A DNA stretch of 64,000 bases from Candidatus Latescibacterota bacterium (GTDB lineage Bacteria > Latescibacterota > UBA2968 > GCA-2709665). The DNA is taken from NCBI GenBank assembly GCA_965237675.1, contig OZ250150.1, forward strand, positions 2,176,001-2,240,000. Direction: 5' to 3'. How positions within the stretch are numbered: position 1 is the first letter of the stretch; every line of letters starts with the position of its first letter. The notes under the pieces are model-generated. The model was not told where the DNA came from. It made no database searches and saw nothing but the letters and a program-made list of their open reading frames with translations. A program made the position numbers and the translations under genes. Below are positions 59,068 through 64,000 of the stretch, piece after piece.

Positions 59068-60594
59068 ATGAAGAACAAAGTATGTGCATTTCGCCTGCCG
59101 GCATCGGTTGATTCACGCAGCGTATGGGAGGAGGCCGCCAGTTCCCATACCTGTGAACCGATAAACGATACAGAGCAGGTTCAGACCTTCCTCGATACCT
59201 TCGACTGGAGGCTGTTCAACAAGAACCTGGTTCTGTTGAAAGAGCCGGATCGTTACGTTCTGTACTGCCTGCCAGGCCGTGAAACCGTCGCTTCCCTCAG
59301 CGTGCCGCGCGGAACGGAACCGGTATTCAGCACGGAATTTCCCGAGGGAACCTTAAAGGAGATCCTGCAAGCACATTTGAGCGTGCGGGCGCTGTTGCCC
59401 CTCGCACGCGCCAGGACCCGGCGCCAGACCATGCGCGTCCTCAACAGGAATGAGAAGACCGTCCTGATCGCAACCCTTGAACAGGCCAGGGTGCCGGATT
59501 CCGAACAACCACTCAACACGCTCGTTCTGAAGCCGATCCGGGGGTATGAGAAACATCTGCGCAGACTGAACCGGTCCCTTCGCGAAGTGGGCGCCGAACC
59601 CCAATCCGAAAACCTGTTCCACGCCGCAATTCGGGCGACCGGGAGGAGACCTGGAGACTATACGTCCAAACTCAATATCGCGCTGGAACCCGATCTGACC
59701 GGCGCGGAGGCTGCAAGACGCATTCTGGGGCATCTGTTCCGAACGATCAGGTGCAATGAAGCGGGCATAAAAGAGGACATCGATACCGAGTTTCTGCACG
59801 ATTTCAGGGTGGGAATCCGGCGTACCCGGTCGGCGCTCGGCCAGATCAAATCCGTTTTTCCCGAAGGCCGGGTTGCCCGCTTCCGGAAGGACTTTTCCTT
59901 TCTCGGCAAACTCACCAACCGTCTGCGCGACCTGGACGTTGCGCTGCTCAAGCAGGACACGTACCGCCTTCTCCTGCCGGGATATCTGCGGCATCGACTG
60001 GACTCTCTCTACGAGTCCCTGCGGGCCGAACGTACGGGTGAACACCGGCGTCTGTCCGCCGCCCTTAACGGCGACAGGTACCTGAAAATAGCCGCCGACT
60101 GGGAGGCGTTTCTGGAATGCCGGCCGGAGTCCGGATCGCCCGACAACGCCGACGTGCCGGCGATGGGGCTTACGCAGAGGTTCATCGGAAAGAGATACGG
60201 TCGCGTGATCGAACTGGGAACCGTAATCGATGAGTCAACGCCCGACGCCGGCCTGCACCGCCTCCGGATTGAGTGCAAGAAACTGCGCTACCTCCTGGAG
60301 TTTTTTTCTTCGCTCTTTCCCGCGGAAGAGATCCGGCTGATTGTCGAGCACCTCAAGAGCCTGCAGGACAACCTGGGCGACTTCAACGACCTCTCCATTC
60401 AACAGGCCGACCTGAAGTCGTACCTGGAAGCGTTGCCCACGGAGAGGACTCACCCGGAAACCTTCGCCGCCGTCGGCGGTCTGATCGGCTGCCTTTACCG
60501 CGAGCAGCAGACCGTCCGGGCGGCCTTTTCGAAGACGTTTGCGCAATTCAACCGGGCGGAGGTCGCCGCGAAGTTCCGACGTCTGTTCGCCTGA
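59068..60594 (+). CDS. CHAD-domain polyphosphate-binding protein (CYTH-like N-region)
   Basis: LHDFRV.IRRTRS, LRDLDV, LHRLRIECKKLRYLLEFF and LQDNLGDFND. Confidence 0.9.
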   Translation: MKNKVCAFRLPASVDSRSVWEEAASSHTCEPINDTEQVQTFLDTFDWRLFNKNLVLLKEPDRYVLYCLPGRETVASLSVPRGTEPVFSTEFPEGTLKEILQAHLSVRALLPLARARTRRQTMRVLNRNEKTVLIATLEQARVPDSEQPLNTLVLKPIRGYEKHLRRLNRSLREVGAEPQSENLFHAAIRATGRRPGDYTSKLNIALEPDLTGAEAARRILGHLFRTIRCNEAGIKEDIDTEFLHDFRVGIRRTRSALGQIKSVFPEGRVARFRKDFSFLGKLTNRLRDLDVALLKQDTYRLLLPGYLRHRLDSLYESLRAERTGEHRRLSAALNGDRYLKIAADWEAFLECRPESGSPDNADVPAMGLTQRFIGKRYGRVIELGTVIDESTPDAGLHRLRIECKKLRYLLEFFSSLFPAEEIRLIVEHLKSLQDNLGDFNDLSIQQADLKSYLEALPTERTHPETFAAVGGLIGCLYREQQTVRAAFSKTFAQFNRAEVAAKFRRLFA

Positions 60595-60612
60595 CCATCG
60601 AGAGCGCATACT

Positions 60613-61362
60613 ATGGCAACAGTCGCCCTGTACAACATCAAAGGCGGGGTGGGAAAGACCGCCACGGCTGTAAATCTGGCCTACCTCGCCGCGCGTGAGG
60701 GCGCCCGGACCATTCTGTTCGATCTGGACCCTCAGGGATCGGCCGCGTTCTATTTTCGCATCAATCCCTCCAGGAAACTCCCGGGTCGAAAATTCCTCCG
60801 CGGTGGCCGAAGAATTGAGAAGCGCATCAGAGGTACCGACTACGAAAATCTGGATCTGCTGCCGTCTAACCTGTCATTCAGAAATCTGGATACGATTCTG
60901 AGCAAATTCAAACGCTCCTCGAAACAGCTCCATCGCATTCTGAAGCCGTATCGCAAGACATACGACTACATCTTTCTCGACTGTCCGCCCGGCATAGGCC
61001 TGGCGTCGGAAAATATGCTTTTCGCGTCGGACATCGTCCTGGTGCCGTGTATTCCAACTACGTTGTCCATGCGTACCTATGACCAGCTGCTGCGGGTCTG
61101 CGATTCCAGACGCCTGGATGTCTCCCGGATCCACCCGTTTTTCACAATGGTCGAGAGACGGAAACGCATGCACAGCGAACACCTGGCAACCAGCAGAGAT
61201 CGGGAAGAACGGTTTCTGGAGACGCAGATTCCCTACGCTTCGGAAGTCGAAAAAATGGGCATCCACCGAAAACCGGTGCTATGCTTCGCGCCGAGTTCGC
61301 CTGCCGCAAACGCGTATCAGGATCTTTGGGATGAACTGAAGGCGATGGCTTCGAGACGTTGA
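60613..61362 (+). CDS. Orphan ParA/MinD-family ATPase
   Basis: KGGVGKT deviant Walker A, DLDPQG, LDCPP and IPTTLS. No parB nearby. Confidence 0.9.
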   Translation: MATVALYNIKGGVGKTATAVNLAYLAAREGARTILFDLDPQGSAAFYFRINPSRKLPGRKFLRGGRRIEKRIRGTDYENLDLLPSNLSFRNLDTILSKFKRSSKQLHRILKPYRKTYDYIFLDCPPGIGLASENMLFASDIVLVPCIPTTLSMRTYDQLLRVCDSRRLDVSRIHPFFTMVERRKRMHSEHLATSRDREERFLETQIPYASEVEKMGIHRKPVLCFAPSSPAANAYQDLWDELKAMASRR

Positions 61363-61500
61363 CATGCGAAGACGCGGTCCATCAAATCCCGGTGCCATAA
61401 TGACTTGCAAGCCTGATTCCGTTTGACGCAGGCTTTGGGTTGGTTTATCTTAAGTCAAATGCAAATATCGATGACTCCAGTCACCCACGAAAGACGCGTC

Positions 61501-63612
61501 ATGAACCTGGACGATCCAAAACTGTATACCAACCGGGAAATCTCCTGGCTTCGCTTCAACGAACGCGTCCTCGAAGAAGCCCGGGACCCGAATAATCCTC
61601 TGCTGGAGCGCGTGAAATTCCTGGCGATCGTCGCCAACAACCTGGACGAGTTCTTCGAAATCCGCGTCGCAGGATTGCTTCAGCAGATGGAAGCCGGCGT
61701 ACAGGATGCCGGCCCCGACGGGCGCTTGCCCGAAGAACTGTTCGAAGCCGTTTCCCATGAAACCCACCGTATGGTCGACGAACAATACGCTTGCTGGAAC
61801 GAAGAGCTTTTGCCCGCGCTGAAAGAGGCCGAGGTGCATATCCGTTCGTCGCAAGACCTCGAACCTGCCGAACAGGCATTTATCCGGGATTACTGGCTGA
61901 GGGAACTCCATCCGGTTCTGACGCCCCTCACCGTCAACCCGGCCCATCCCATTCCGCGCGTGGTGAACAAGTCGCTTTGCCTGGCCGTATTGCTCAAGGA
62001 CAGTAAGGGTGACACCTTATTCGGCGTGGTTACGGTTCCGCGCCTGTTGCCGCGTCTCATCCGCTTGCCCAGGGAAGACGAGGGACGGCGCGTGGATTAC
62101 GTGTTTCTGGCCGACCTTGTGCGGGCGCACATCCCGGAGCTGTACAGGGGGTATGAGATCCTGGGTACCGCTGCTTTTCGTATCACGCGCAACAGCGACC
62201 TCTATCTCGATGAAGAAGAAGCCGACGACCTGCTCCTGGCCATTGAAGACGAACTCAAACGCAGGCGCAAGGGCGATACCGTCCGGCTGGAAATCGACGC
62301 GGCGGCGCCGAAACAGATCGAACGGCGGCTTCGGGCCATCTATCATCTGAGCGAGAAACAGGTTTACCGGGTGAACGGTCCGGTCAATCTCAATCGCTTG
62401 ATGATGCTCTACGGGGCGACGCGGCGTCCGGACCTGAAGGATGCGCCGTACCACCCGGCGGAGTACCCCTTCGCCGAAGACCTCGACCAGTTTTTCGCCG
62501 AAATTCGCCAGCGGGACATCCTGTTGCACCATCCATACGACGCCTTCCATCCGGTCATTCAGTTTGTCCAGTCCGCCGCGCGGGATCCGGACGTACTGGC
62601 CATTAAACAGACGCTGTACCGCACCACCGAAGACTCACCCATCATGGATGCGCTGCTGAAAGCGGCGGAAGCGGGCAAAGAGGTTACCGTGATCGTGGAA
62701 CTCAAAGCCCGATTCGACGAAGCCTCCAACATCCGATGGGCGCGGCAACTCCAGGATGCGGGCGTGTACGTCGCCTACGGCATGGTGGGCCTCAAGACGC
62801 ATTGCAAGCTCTCCATGCTGGTCCGGCGCGAAGCCGATGGCCTCCGCCGCTACGCACACATCGGTACCGGAAACTACAATGCATCGACGGCGCGGGTGTA
62901 TACGGACCTGGGTCTGATGACCGCCCGGGAAGACATTACCAGCGACGTGGCCGAAGTGTTCAACCTGCTTACCACCCAGTCCGACCATCCCGAGGTCAAA
63001 AAGCTGCTGGTTGCGCCCTTCAATATGATGGACTCCATTCTGGCGAAAATCGATCGGGAGATTGAACACGCCAGGGCCGGGCGACCGGCCCGCATTGTCT
63101 GCAAAATGAACTCGCTTCAGGATGCAAAGGTCGTGAAAGCGCTTTACAGAGCCTCTCAAAGCGGCGTGGACGTCGACCTGATCGTCCGCGGGATCTGCTC
63201 TATCCGTCCCGGCATTCCCGGAATCAGCGACCGCATTCGTGTGAGAAGCATCGTCGGGCGTTACCTGGAGCACAGCCGCATATATATGTTCGAGAACGGT
63301 GCGAATCCCGAGATATACATTGGCAGCGCGGACTGGATGCCGCGCAATCTCCGTCGTCGCGTCGAGATTCTCTGTCCAATCGAAGATCCGGTTCTCGTCC
63401 GAAGAATCAAATCCCAGATCCTCTCACCGTGCCTGGCGGACAATATCAAAGCCCGTGAGCTTCTTCCGGACGGCGACCATCGCCGCGTGGGGGCCTCGAA
63501 CGGACGGACGGTCATTTCGTCACAGGAGCTTCTGATGGGGCTGGCCAGAGGAGAACAGTTCGATATTCCGGACTTTTTCGCCTCTAACGGCCCGGGTCCG
63601 CCGCCCGTTTGA
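61501..63612 (+). CDS. ppk1: Polyphosphate kinase 1
   Basis: NREISWLRFNERVL, LLHHPY, ELKARFDEA.NI, KTHCK, GTGNYN and RYLEHSR. Confidence 0.97.
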   Translation: MNLDDPKLYTNREISWLRFNERVLEEARDPNNPLLERVKFLAIVANNLDEFFEIRVAGLLQQMEAGVQDAGPDGRLPEELFEAVSHETHRMVDEQYACWNEELLPALKEAEVHIRSSQDLEPAEQAFIRDYWLRELHPVLTPLTVNPAHPIPRVVNKSLCLAVLLKDSKGDTLFGVVTVPRLLPRLIRLPREDEGRRVDYVFLADLVRAHIPELYRGYEILGTAAFRITRNSDLYLDEEEADDLLLAIEDELKRRRKGDTVRLEIDAAAPKQIERRLRAIYHLSEKQVYRVNGPVNLNRLMMLYGATRRPDLKDAPYHPAEYPFAEDLDQFFAEIRQRDILLHHPYDAFHPVIQFVQSAARDPDVLAIKQTLYRTTEDSPIMDALLKAAEAGKEVTVIVELKARFDEASNIRWARQLQDAGVYVAYGMVGLKTHCKLSMLVRREADGLRRYAHIGTGNYNASTARVYTDLGLMTAREDITSDVAEVFNLLTTQSDHPEVKKLLVAPFNMMDSILAKIDREIEHARAGRPARIVCKMNSLQDAKVVKALYRASQSGVDVDLIVRGICSIRPGIPGISDRIRVRSIVGRYLEHSRIYMFENGANPEIYIGSADWMPRNLRRRVEILCPIEDPVLVRRIKSQILSPCLADNIKARELLPDGDHRRVGASNGRTVISSQELLMGLARGEQFDIPDFFASNGPGPPPV

Positions 63613-63621
63613 ATCCCCGCC

Positions 63622-63660
63622 AAAAAAAGCCGGAGGACTCTCCGGCAATCCTCCGTCTTT
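63622..63660. terminator. Hairpin terminator between convergent ppk1 and kinase genes
   Basis: A7-G-CCGGAGGA...TCCTCCG-TCTTT. Confidence 0.6.
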
Positions 63661-63747
63661 CATTCGTTCGCGACGACAAGGGTTCTGACACGGAAATAGA
63701 TCGCCGAATGGTGACATATTTCCGGGACAGGACACCAGGTTTCACGG

Positions 63748-64000
63748 CTATACAATCGGAAGGGTGAAACCGAACGTCGACCCGGCGCCGAGTACGCTCT
63801 TCGTGTAGACCCGCTCCCCGTGGGCCTCAACGATATGCCGGACAATCGAGAGTCCCAGACCGGTTCCACCCAGGCTCCGGGAACGTCCCTTGTCCACCCT
63901 GTAGAATCGTTCGAACACCCGCGGCAGCGAATCCGAAGCGATCCCGATACCCGTATCCACGACTTCCAGGGCGATACGTTCGCCCGCGGGCCTTGAATCC
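63748..64000 (-). CDS. Sensor histidine kinase HATPase C-terminus (PhoR-like), partial
   Basis: DTGIGI, VFERFYRVDKGRSR..GGTGLGLSIV and G.GSTF. The phosphate-locus context suggests PhoR. Confidence 0.88.
   Translation of the reverse strand, partial: DSRPAGERIALEVVDTGIGIASDSLPRVFERFYRVDKGRSRSLGGTGLGLSIVRHIVEAHGERVYTKSVLGAGSTFGFTLPIV

Overview
A GC-rich bacterial chromosomal window. Host identity is only an inference: three PhyH paralogues, Oar-type TonB receptors and dense REP/MITE families resemble Latescibacterota/Gemmatimonadota/Poribacteria-like genomes. 1-13.5 kb holds a partial TonB receptor, a minus-strand catabolic cluster (two enolase-superfamily enzymes, Zn alcohol dehydrogenase, GGT, PhyH), a DUF5117-type zincin, an orphan HigA and a ceramidase-like hydrolase. 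14-33 kb is a lower-GC defence-like island. It contains a Zn-finger-HEPN fusion and two tandem DUF5131 + TcmP + conserved ~60-aa ORF modules, with the second TcmP split by an IS1380-family element (TTAG duplication). It also contains a frameshifted proteasome-like Ntn hydrolase preceded by a tandem NrdR-box pair, a Schlafen protein, a type IIG/ISP-like R-M enzyme coupled to a HEPN protein, MntA-HepT and an AAA ATPase. 33-46 kb holds a TonB receptor, a ferredoxin-HTH fusion, a radical SAM gene, TA remnants, a Schlafen-HATPase gene, two PhyH genes and sigma54-type pspA. 46-64 kb holds coxD-coxE-xdhC, a Nudix gene, pstSCAB-phoU with an 11-bp-periodic Pho-box array, CHAD-ParA-ppk1 and a partial PhoR-like kinase. 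No rRNA, tRNA or CRISPR array was recognised. The best leads are the three-gene DUF5131-TcmP module, the NrdR-boxed Ntn hydrolase, REP-anchored direct repeats bracketing accessory cassettes (including a duplicated structured 5' leader), and CHAD-ParA-Ppk1.
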